From: Mizuhopecten yessoensis
Taxonomy: Eukaryota
Assembly (NCBI RefSeq): GCF_002113885.1
Contig: NW_018480074.1
Span: forward strand, 124,001-188,000
Length of the DNA stretch: 64,000 nucleotides
Reading direction: 5' to 3'
Below are positions 36,676 to 47,701 of this stretch, in pieces (the stretch's first letter is position 1; each line of letters begins with the position of its first letter). The translations under genes were made by a program, and so were the position numbers. The notes under the pieces are model-generated. The model saw only the letters and a program-made list of their open reading frames with translations. It searched no databases and had not been told where the DNA came from.

Positions 36676-38427
36676 TTAAATGACACATCAATGATCCTAA
36701 TTCAGGAAAAATTTAATCACCTAGGAAGAAGGCTAGAATTTCCAAACACAAATGATGGCCGTGTTCACCTTCTGTTGTGTTCTTATTGGTGATAGTGCTA
36801 GAATTTTTAATATGGTACAGTTTAGTATTTGTTTGGCTGGAAGCTGAAATATTCTACCAAAATCAAAGATTTTTTTCCACAATATACAGATTTTGATAGA
36901 GGAATAACTTGAATTTTGACATCATGTTAACCCAAACACTTTGTGTAGAAAACTAATGTGATCTGTATAAACGTGCTTGTGTTAAAAATCAATTTCCTTA
37001 GGCTTTATAATCTTATCTTAACTGACAATGTTTATTAATTGTACTAAATACTGATCTTTTGGAAATTTTCTAAAGAAAGTGGTGTGTTCAGAGCTTCCAA
37101 TGTTAAATCATGATCCTGTGCTATTTCATCGTGCTCGATATCTATTAAAAAGTGCCATAGTCCGGTATGGATTTGTACTTAATGTGTTATGTTGTAAATG
37201 TGATGATTTGTTTAATAGTCTCAGAGAAACTGTGTATTGATGAAGAATATCAACAAGAACATGACCAAAACTACATGTAAGACATGGACAAAACAAAGAG
37301 GTGACGAAATCGTTATCTCCGTATTCAACCATGTTTCTCAACTCTCAAAGTCTGTATATGTTTTGTAATATATGGTACCTGCTATATCTGTAGGTGTATG
37401 TTGTCAGGAAAAGGTCCTATTGTAATAGGTTGATGTAGTCCTAGTGCTTAGTTGATACTTGTGGAGTCGGAACACAGTATGGCCAGTATTGAAGAATGAA
37501 ATGTAATTAAATGTACGTTTCTTTTATATGTTAAAATGTAATAGATGTGAATTCAATGCTCTTGTTTGTAATTAAATATAAATTATATGTTTTGTTTCCT
37601 CTCGGTGTGTACATATTTTAAAGAGTATAACTGTATGTGTAATTCTCGGAGTATACACATTTTACAGAGTATATCTGTATGTTTGTAATCTTGGTGAAAG
37701 GATTTGTATGTTTGCTTTTTATGTGCTCCAGTCCAAATATTTTGCAATTCCTGCAGCCTATATGTGTTAATGCTATAATAAGCAGAGATTGTATGTGATA
37801 GCACTTGCATGATGGATCAAACCATTTTATTTATACTGTTAAGTTTGTCAGACACCGACTGTTATGTTGTCGGCACACTGTTGTGTAATATTCACAATAC
37901 AGAGAAATGAGAGTCAAGGAATAAAGATAAAATGAAAATATGAGCTGTTTTTAGTGTGTCTTGTGTATAATGGTTAGTTACTAAATGGGTTGGATAGAAG
38001 GTAGTCTGGTATGAGCAAAATAGAATCTGTCACCTCTGTGATCGAGTATAGGCTCAACTTGTATATCTTAAACAGATAGAAAGTGTTTGCAAATCAATTT
38101 CTATTCCTATTAAGGACAGAGATAAAGGTGCCCTATAGTGATCATGGAAGATGTCCGTCTAAATTTTCTCAGAAACCAAGATTTAAATTTCTGAAACTCG
38201 TGTTGATACTAGTATACTTACATGTGCACTAGAGGGTTGAACAATTTCCTAAGGTCCAGGTCACTGTTATTATAAAAAGAATAGAATATTATTGATTACA
38301 AAGGTAAACTGATTTTTCTTTCCTCCCTGTCAATTATGGCACTGAAAAACTCAGATGTCAGAGTGCGAATAACCTGTTGTCAGTTGATGAAGGTGCCTGC
38401 CATACTGGCTCATGTGTAGTTGGAGCA

Positions 38428-38746
38428 GAAAATGCACGGCCAGAGCAGGGTTTGAACCCAGGATCTTCCGAACTGTAGACTGATGCTCTACCAATTGAGT
38501 TACCTTGTCGCTGACAATCGCCCCGGTCCAGTTCTGCTACATTCTTCCCTCCTTTATCTAAGGCTTTGCCCCTGAAGACAACTATTTACAAAATGCAACC
38601 CATGCAGGGTCGGGTATCAGGTCAAGCATTCAGAAAAATGCACGGCCAGAACAGGGTTTGAACCCTACCTTCCAGACTCTAGATTGGCGCTCTACCAGTT
38701 GATTTACCTAGTCACTAATGATCGACCAAGTCAAATTCTGCTACAT
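38428..38746 (-). mobile_element. Two tandem tRNA-like SINE heads about 206 bp apart
   Basis: On - strand: A-box-like taactcaattgg / taaatcaactgg then B-box ggttcaaacc, each followed by ctggccgtgcatttt; stems degenerate. Confidence 0.7.
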
Positions 38747-39484
38747 ATGATTTGTCAGAATAAGATATTCTTTAATTTCTGTTGAATATAATATGTAGGG
38801 TATTATGGTACTACAAAATCCAGTGACATCCAATCTATAAGATAGCGCCGTGATTTCAATTAAATTTATAATGGCATTGCAAGCACTGGTACAACTTGGT
38901 TTTCCTACTGGAGAAAATGGCTGCCATAGCCAGGATTCCGATTGGTTAAATTGTTCTTGATATTGTTTGATTTTTTTATCACATTTAGTATGCAGGTGTT
39001 TTATGTTAAAGCAAACACTACTCATTTTTGCACCATAACTCTGAAATTGCTGCCGTTATATTTGAAGTTTACATTCTTATGTACTCTTCTTATTTTTCTC
39101 TTTCATACAATAGAGGCTTTCTACACAGAAAACTCTTTTCTTTTTCATTTCGTAGAATACATAGACATAGATGTAGGAAGGATAAAGATTAAAACTCTTT
39201 CACCATTTATGATAGGCTTCTTATATTTTCAGTCAGGTTGATGCAAGTTTGGACACAGCACCTGAGAAGTTCACCAGGGAACAAGCTCAGTAGTATCCAT
39301 CACAAATACATAACAGAGAAAACAAAACAAAAAATACTGTACAGATTTTATTTTTGAAATGTCAAGAAACATTCAACATTAATCAGTCATAAAACTTACT
39401 ACAGATGTACCATTAAATAGTGTGATGTCGTAGTAGTTCAAATGTCAGCACTCGAAACACATTTATAAAGTCTTCAGTCTTTAT

Positions 39485-42463
39485 CTAGGGTCCTGAATCT
39501 ACTGCCCTACTCATGGCCTCGTAACAAGACACTGCAATCTGGGCCTCAACTTTGCCTCTCTCTGTTGATGCAGCTTGGGCGTTCTTTTGAGCCTCAGCCA
39601 ATCCAGCCTTTATGGCCTTTATGAAAATAAAAAAGTGGAAAACTTAAAACAATAAAAACAATGAAGCAAAAAATTCATACATGAAATTAAGAAACAATTC
39701 ATGAAAGTGATATTAATTATATTTAATAATGTGAGTTAATTCTCGAGTGTCATATTCCACAAGCTTCTTCAAAATCATTTGGGAAGAAACACAGGTCTAG
39801 ATGGATATCAAATATAATGAGTTTTCTCTGACTTTATTTCATATTGAAGATGAACAAACAAATAACACATGAGCTAGTTATGACACCAGATTTATAAGGT
39901 GTGGTATATTTTTTTTTTAACTCTGTGCTTGTTTTTTTTAATAATTCTTGATAATATTACCATGAAAAAATCTGCTCTGTCTAATGGATATAAAATGGAA
40001 TTTGATTTAAACATATTTTATCTGTCATAAAACAAAAAAGGATCAGGTACTAGTTATTTCCACTTAGAAACACCTTCTCTACAATGGAATCAATCATGAC
40101 TCAATGATATCCCTAAACATATATCTTTACAAATCAAGCACTACCAACTTATCCCTATAAATCACTCCTCTTTTTGATGACTACAAGTGACAACAATTCA
40201 GTAAGCAGGCATCCCTCCGTCTTGAAAAAAGTATGTCCCTTGGTTAAATATAACAAGATACAAGGGGCATCTTTGTTACAAAAAGCGACTGGTTTATCTA
40301 CTTTTAAAAATTTAATATTTTGGGCGGATTATACCTATCAGACTTGGAAATGTTACAGTCCAACATTTTCTAGCAATCAATATGTGATATAAAAGCTGTC
40401 ATTGTTGAAATGTAACCTTAACAGTTCAGAATGCTAAATTTCAATATTGTTTCGCTTGAATTATATAAAACACTACATTGCTAGTTGTGTTATTGTCACT
40501 ATCCCAATCTAAGGAGAAGCCACTGCATTCTTACCTGACTATCAAGATTCTCCAAAGGATAGGCCTCCTCAGCCAAAATTTGAACTGTTGAGTCCTTGTT
40601 AATTGTGACTGACCCACTGCTCACTGGAAAGCAATGACAACAGGTTAAACAAGTTTATAAAATGTTCAACCTCTTCTATTAATATTTGAATGTGTTAATA
40701 GCTACCAGGATTTAATTCTTATGATTCGGGTAATCACCAGCAAAAATGGCAATATTGTAGCAAATATCATATTTAGATGACTTTATGATAAATGTAACAT
40801 ATGACAGCATGGAAGAATATGATTGAAACACCAGGTAATACTTATAAGATGTCCACACTGAAAATCCATCAATTGTTACTTTATAGTTCAATTTTTGCAA
40901 AGGAACGCTGTGAATGTTTAGTATGTGATCGCAAAACATAAAGTAAATGGCAAATGATTCACGCTTTTAGTAAGACTTATTTAAAATCAATGAAACAAAA
41001 AAAAGAAAGTTAAATGTTATAATAGAATCGTAAAATGGTTATAAAAAACAAACGAGTACCCAGAAAATTACAAATTTATGAATATTTGTATTAATAACTA
41101 TACTAACTAAACAATATATAATTGTCCTGTGTATTGTACATGTATTACACAAGAATGTAGTTACCAAAGAATTTTTTTGTTGTGCCAGACTCTTCTATTA
41201 CTGACATAACTCCTGGCTGAAGGACGGTGACCAAAGGTACATGAGTGGGTAGGATACCAAATGTTTCGTTCAAGCCTGGCACATCCACTTGTTTCACATT
41301 TTGGCTATTGTAATATATCTGGGGAAAAACACATTTATTAAAATCAGTTAGTCATTGAAGCTGAAAGTGAAAGGTAAAAAACTTAAGGTAAAAAACTTTC
41401 AATTGAGATTTTAAAAAAAAGTTTTACTTTTTTCTGGTTTTAAGATTTTTTTATCTCAATTAAAAGCTTTTAACTTGCAGTCAGCATTGAAGACACAGTT
41501 AAATTATAATGTCATATTGTGTATATTTTTGAGATAAACATCAGAATATTAGGAGGCACAGTAATCTATAGCTAGTGGAAGGACGTCAGGCTCCTGACCC
41601 GAAGTGTCTCAGGTTCGAGTCCTGTCGTGGCACTGTGTTGTATTCTTCAACAAGACACTATACTCTGCTTGTCCCAGTCTACTCAGCTGTAAATGAGTAA
41701 GTGGTTGGGCAGTTCTGGAATTGTTGAGAAAGTTAGAAAGGCCCAATAACCACGGATAAGAATTTGTGAACTGCTTTGAGACAACCTAGGTTGTGAAAAA
41801 GCGGTAAATAAGAGCCTCAAGTTGTTATTATTAACATTTTAGAAGGAAGGCCAGTGACTTTTCTACTTCCTTTCCACAGGGCCCTGTGCTTGTTGAATCA
41901 TGATTTTGGGAAATAAAGTGATTTTTTGGAATTTATTTTTGGAGAGAGAAAAAACAGCAAAAATTATCTGGGGGAATAAAGGCCCCAACTTAACTTTTAA
42001 TTAATCACTGAAGGATAGCATTTTGTACTCATACCATTCATGCGTTCACCCCATTCCCTACTGTAAAAAAAAATTGAGAAGTCTGAACACACAGATACTC
42101 TCTGTAGTCGAATTGAGTCTGGTCATAAACTGGTCCCATAAAGAAGATTGTACTTATTGAAGAATAAAATTATCATCTAAAAGTCAGACACATGTGTTAT
42201 TCAACTATGAGTCCGAATATGCCTGTTGTACTCTACTTCCCGTAAGGTGTTACTACTGTACTCAGCCAGTAACGTTCTTGACCGGCGACTTGATTCAGAC
42301 GAGAGGACAAACGTTTAAAACGGGTTAAAAAGCTTACAGCATTTGGTGAGGCGAATGAGAATGGCATATCGGCATATCCTCTGTTAGTTGGCGCAGATGC
42401 AATCACTCTGCTGCATTGTCTCGCCAAAACAGGCGCCTTCCAAAGTTGCCGAAACAGAGCCAT
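39485..42463 (-). CDS. ATP5F1D: ATP synthase F1 subunit delta, mitochondrial precursor (166 aa)
   Basis: Exons 42463-42338, 41318-41165, 40623-40535, 39616-39485 total 501 nt. Arg-rich presequence MALFRQLWKAPVLARQCSR..RGYA; motifs FSFASP, VKQVDVP...FGILPTHVP...LQPGV, FFVSSGSVTINKDSTVQILAEEA, VEAQIAV; AATAAA on - strand at 39348-39353. Confidence 0.97.
41552..41832 (+). mobile_element. tRNA-derived CORE-type SINE with L2-like 3' tail in ATP5F1D intron 1
   Basis: A box tagctagtgg, B box ggttcgagtcc, CORE-like tgttgtattcttcaacaagacact...actcagctgtaaatgagta, tail ctgctttgag...aaaagcggtaaataag...ttattatt. Confidence 0.75.
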
Positions 42464-42478
42464 GTTGATCTTGACCTA

Positions 42479-42487
42479 AAGATGGCG
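42479..42487 (-). promoter_or_regulatory. YY1-type motif CGCCATCTT just upstream of the ATP5F1D start codon
   Basis: aagatggcg on + strand, 16-24 nt 5' of the ATG on - strand; typical position for housekeeping-gene promoters. Confidence 0.5.
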
Positions 42488-44082
42488 AAGGTGAGTCTAT
42501 CAAGGGAAATAACTCTATTTTCTGCGTTAGAGGAAGCATGATACTAATAATTCGCTAGACTAATTGACGGTGGAAAAAAATCGTTTTGACTGTTATTATC
42601 ATTTACTGGTAAAGTAAAGTATGAATAAATAACGAAAAATTAAAAAATCTCCATCTTAACCTTAAACTAAGACAATTTTTATTTATTTATTTTTTAAATA
42701 AAAGTAAGCAGTTTTACCTCCATTAACATTAGCTCCCAGGAGCTATTAAACCTGACTAATATTATAAGAATATACGAAATTGTAAAAAATGACCAATTTG
42801 GCGGCCATTTTGAAAATGTGTATTACTTGCGCCTCACGAAAGACCAAAATTCACCTTTTTTGACACTAGTTTGATAACTTAAATCGTCATTGTGTCGCCA
42901 TTTTTAAGGAGGCTCCACCCTTTCGCAATAAGACAGCAGAATTCAATGAGTTTCAAATAATGTTTATGTCACTATGTAGAAATCATTTTAGGAAAAATCC
43001 AAGCTTTCCGATAAACTTGGGATTTTTTTTGATTTTTTTTTACCGAAAAATTGAATTTGTGGTCGAATTCAACACTTTCACATTTTTTGAGTGTGTGGCA
43101 TTGTTCAAAACTAGTACAACAATAAGATAATGAAAAGAAACATTGCTTATCAACACTGCACATATTTTATTTATCATAAAATATCTACAACATGTTACAA
43201 AAAGCGTTTTTTTATTGAAATTGTATCGATAAAAGTGACTAAATACAAGCCAACTGCAAACAGGACACATAATTTCATACAAAAAGGGTGTCTACCTTGA
43301 AAACAATCGGAAGTGTTCAGAGGGATAGAATTTACAATGACACTTATTTTCTTTTCTTTTTACCAAAAACGACGGAAATAAATTAAATTCCTATATTTAA
43401 TTGTCAATTTACTGTTCTTTTTATTGAAAAAAATGACTCTCAATCATGTACATTTTGGACTTCATTCCATAGCCCGCTTACGCATGATATATTTACATGT
43501 CAGGTACATAGGTAACCATAGCCTATCGCATGGTATGCAGTTATCACGTGCACTCACATGCACTTGCAATTTATAGGGATCTTGATATTTTACAAACTAC
43601 TATTTTCACAGAGTTATTGTAATTGCATTTGTGAAACGATTTATCTGACAGAGCGTAATTCGCTCGACAACAAAAGTCGTAGCGACCAAGAGCTTGCGAA
43701 CTACTGTTAGCACGTGATACGTGCAGGTGAGGTCGGTAAACAAAACACGTAAGTCTAGATCTGCATTCCATGCGCCTCATATACGACCTTCTTGAAGTCG
43801 TCTGATCTTATGTCTGTGTCTTCCCATGAGTTAATTAATGTCTTTGTATCAGAAGCTTTATTTCTGAAGTAGGTGTGATTACACATTTCCAAGTTAAGTC
43901 TCGATATCGGCTGTTGACATATTATCGTCGCGCATGTGTACTATTGTTTATCCGGTGTTACTATAATTTACGCTACGGTAATGGCATGCCCGATACGCAA
44001 TACGGAAATGACGACACGAAAATACGACAAGAAAAGCATGTGTATTACGAAGGGTGGGAAGTCCTTAATAGTAGTAAGTTTA

Positions 44083-44618
44083 TTTTTAGGTCACCTGAGC
44101 TTTAGCTCTAGTGACCTATTAATTGCTATCTGTCTTCTTCCGTCGTCGTCCATTAACATTTTACATTTTCAAATTAAGCTGAAATACTGTCAAAGATATT
44201 TCATTTATACTTCATGGGAATGTTACTGACAACTCCCTGACCAAGTGTTGTTATTTTTCGGGTCGATCAGAAATCCAATATGGCCGCCACGGCTGCCATT
44301 TGGAAAAAAATATTTCAAACTTAAGTCAAGTTCTTCTGGGCCGATTTAACTGAAACTTGGTAGGAATGATCATCTCATGGTCCTGACAAAGTGTTGTTAT
44401 TTTTCGGGTCGATCACAAAAGCAATATAGCCGCTAGGGCCGGCCATTTAAAAAAAAACTATTTCAAACTTAAAGGCAAGTTCTACTGGGTCAATTTAACT
44501 GAAACTTGGTAGGAATGATCAACTTACGTTCTTGACAAAGTGTTGTTATTTTTGGGGTCACACCAAAAAATAATACTGTAGGACCCAGGTGACCGTTAAG
44601 GCCCATGGTCCTCTTGTT
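44083..44618 (+). mobile_element. Complete Helentron-associated (HINE) element with internal tandem repeats
   Basis: 5' tttttaggtcacctg with local inverted gtgacct, ccgtcgtcgtcc tract, ~146-149-bp internal repeats (x2.3), 3' sub-terminal caggtgacc, hairpin ggcccatggtcc, ending ttgtt. Confidence 0.85.
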
Positions 44619-45405
44619 GCTGTAAAACTTTAATATGTTCAACATGATGAAAATAATGAGTATTTTTCATTAGAAAATAAGGGGTAGGGGTTACTTAAAT
44701 CGTTTTTCTGAGATATAAAAATAAGATTAAGAAATTTTACTTTTACTTTAAGTTACAAGAAAAGTCTATTTTCATCAATTCTGCAAACATTCATACATAT
44801 ATGATAACACACTTGGAAGACATTGTATGAAATTGTTCTGCAAATGGTCAAAACTAAAACATCACTTAAAATCACATATTATGTTAACTTGGTATCTTTG
44901 ACCGATCATAGCAAAAAAACGAACACACGGACATATATTTCTATTTCAACAAAAATAAAACTTCTATATTTTCAACAGAAGTGTAGAAGAAGGCAATGGC
45001 TAATTTAGCACTTTCGAGGTTATGGTCAATATTCTGGTAAGGATCAGGAATTTTCTCAGAAGAAAATAATTTCAAGATCGTATGTCTCTACAAAGGACTA
45101 AGGGAACTATAAATGTTTTATCGCACCAAACGGCTAAACGACTGGCACTATGTTACTATCTGTTAATGACTCGTCAGTCCCGATAAATGTTAACAAGAAT
45201 GAGTACCTGGTATTTGCCTGTTTTACTGTGACTCTTTGTTTTCATATCTCCCATGTTTCTGTTGATATTTTCTTTACGCTAATATTTGAGTTAACTCGTT
45301 AAATCGTTAGCTTATCTCATTCTCTACTATTTTTTTTTTTTTTTTTTTATACATAAACAACTTCCAAAATATGAGAGAGCAATCATGTGCATATTTTAAG
45401 ATAAG

Positions 45406-46397
45406 TTAGTCCTCTTCGTGCTGGGTTGCACATATGGCCACCACCAGATATTTCCATTTCTGACTGTCTTGGGACCACTGGTGTATTTGTCCCCATGTCC
45501 AGTCTTTATCGTTTAGCTCTTTCTCAACAGACCGTTTCAAGGTTTCCTTTGGTCTCCCTCTCTTTCTTTTTCCTGGTGGTGTCCATCTCATTGGTACCCT
45601 AGGGATGGAGTCTGGGTGCATTCTGGAGACATGTCCAATCTACCTCCATCTCATTGCTACCCTAGGGATGGAGTCTGGGTGCATTCTGGAGACATGTCCG
45701 ATCCACCTCCATCTCCTTCGCTTGACTTCTTGTGAAAGAGGAATGATATTTGTCCTCTGATACATCTCCTCGTTTGAGATGGTCTGTGGCCAGAATTCCG
45801 CGGACGCATCGAGTTTGAAAGACATTCAATTTGTTGTTAATAGCACTTGTTGTCTTCCAGGATTCTGCGCCATACCAATTTGGTGTTGGTGCTGATCTTG
45901 GTGGACTTCCAAATTTTCCTGAGTGATGAAAATGCTCCTCTGGCCTTTGAAATGCGAGCTTGTACATCAATATCAGAATTACCATCTGCCGGGATTTGCT
46001 TCCTAGGTAGACAAATTCGTTCATTTCCTCGATGTTTAATGGATTTATCGGACCTGGACTGGCATTGATGTTAAGTCCTATCTGTTTTGCTGTTGTAGCC
46101 AGGTGGTTGGTTTTGCCTTGTATATCTTGATATCGATGACAGCAGCATGATATCGTCTGCGAAATCTAGATCTTCCAGCATCTCTCCAAATGTCCAACTA
46201 ATCCCTCTATTTGTGTTCCTGGTGGTCTCTTTCATTATCCAGTCTATACAAAATGTGAAGAGTAGCGGGGAAAGCAAACACCCCTGTTTTACCCCTGTCC
46301 GCAGTGTGATCGCCTCTGTTAGCCTTGATCCACATATCACTCTTACATTGAAGTCAGCATACAGCATCCTTATGATGGAGATGAGTCTATTGTCCAT
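45406..46397 (-). mobile_element. 5'-truncated, frameshifted non-LTR retrotransposon (RTE-type reverse transcriptase remnant)
   Basis: Broken ORFs with GVKQGCLLSPLLF, LEDLDFADDI, FVYLGS, YGAESW, RRRWRWIGHV, GKRKRGRPK; internal 63-bp tandem duplication at 45581/45644. Confidence 0.92.
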
Positions 46398-47701
46398 ATT
46401 AAAAAAGGATTAATAAAAACAAACATAATAAACAAATTAAACAATATAAAATAACTTTAGGAATTCATCTTTATTTCAAAACAACAAAATAACATCGAAG
46501 TCCGTGTAGAGATGCACGTTTTCTTTGAGTATTTCAGACATTTAAGTAATTCCGTTTTATGATGATTTTGGATTCTTAAAAACAGACAAAACATTTAAGT
46601 CTATTGTAGAAAGTTTCACATCAGATAGTTCATCATGGCGACAGCAACAATCAGTGAGTTAATTAATCTATTTTTGCACTTTAGAATAAAAAGAAGCCTG
46701 CTTTGGTTACATCATTTAAGCATTTTTTTTCTTCAAAGGTGAAAAGAAATGGTACCATGAAAGTGAACGACAATGTAGAATTATACGAGTATTTGATCAA
46801 TGAATCATTCAAAGTAACTGCGGACAAGAAAATGTATTTTTCTTACTGGATTTAATTATCAGATTCGTTAAATCATAATTACGTTCAGGGCTCGTATTCA
46901 TGACACCGTTCTCGTGCCCAAAGTGCCCAAACTCTGATTCTGTGCTCAAGCCCAACATCTTGTTCCGGCGATTAACTCATAACAACTCACGCCTGGTCAA
47001 TGGTTTGGGCGAATGTTTGGGAGACTTGAAGTCGAATTTCGTTTTTGGCGTAAGCACTTGACTTTTTCACCGTGTCACACGATTTTACCATGTTACAAGA
47101 AAGTTGGTTAGAGTACAGAAACCATGCAGGAACGTTAATTGTTCCCCCCCNATTTTATATAGGGTTACAAGCTTACTTAATTCTTATACAAAAAAATGAA
47201 ACTACGCTTGAATATAATACTTTAAAAAAATATGGATCTATGAATGAAAAATGGAAATATATGAAACAGTCTAAGTATACAGAAAGAGATCTCACAACAC
47301 TCAAATATAACGAATTAATATCTTCACCAGAACAGCTAATGTCAACGTAAGCTGAGATATCTTGCAACCTCGTTATAAGTACATATGCCATATGATATCT
47401 ACACAAGATAAGCAAGAACACATAAGATCTCATGTCCTTCTTGTAAGGAAAACTTTTTTTTTTCACACACGATAAGCGAACCATTTTAACCATTAAAACT
47501 ATTTTTATACCAATATAAGTGCATTATTTGATCACCTTTATCAGTGGGGTTAGCTTACACGTAAATGTTTTCCCTAAAAAGAACCATAATTTCTTTCGAA
47601 GTATAGGTGTTATATTCACAGGTAAGATATTATAAGATTCAAAACATGAATATTTCATTTATTTTGTTTCAAAATATCGTAGTATTAATATCGTTCGATT
47701 T

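Noticed and set aside
38428-41640. Possible tRNA genes at about 38440-38510, 38645-38715 and 41560-41630
   Set aside because: A/B boxes are present but cloverleaf stems are broken and SINE body sequence follows; treated as SINE heads.
47151-47151. Single N after a C-run
   Set aside because: Ambiguous base or contig join; no biological meaning, but local adjacency should be treated with caution.
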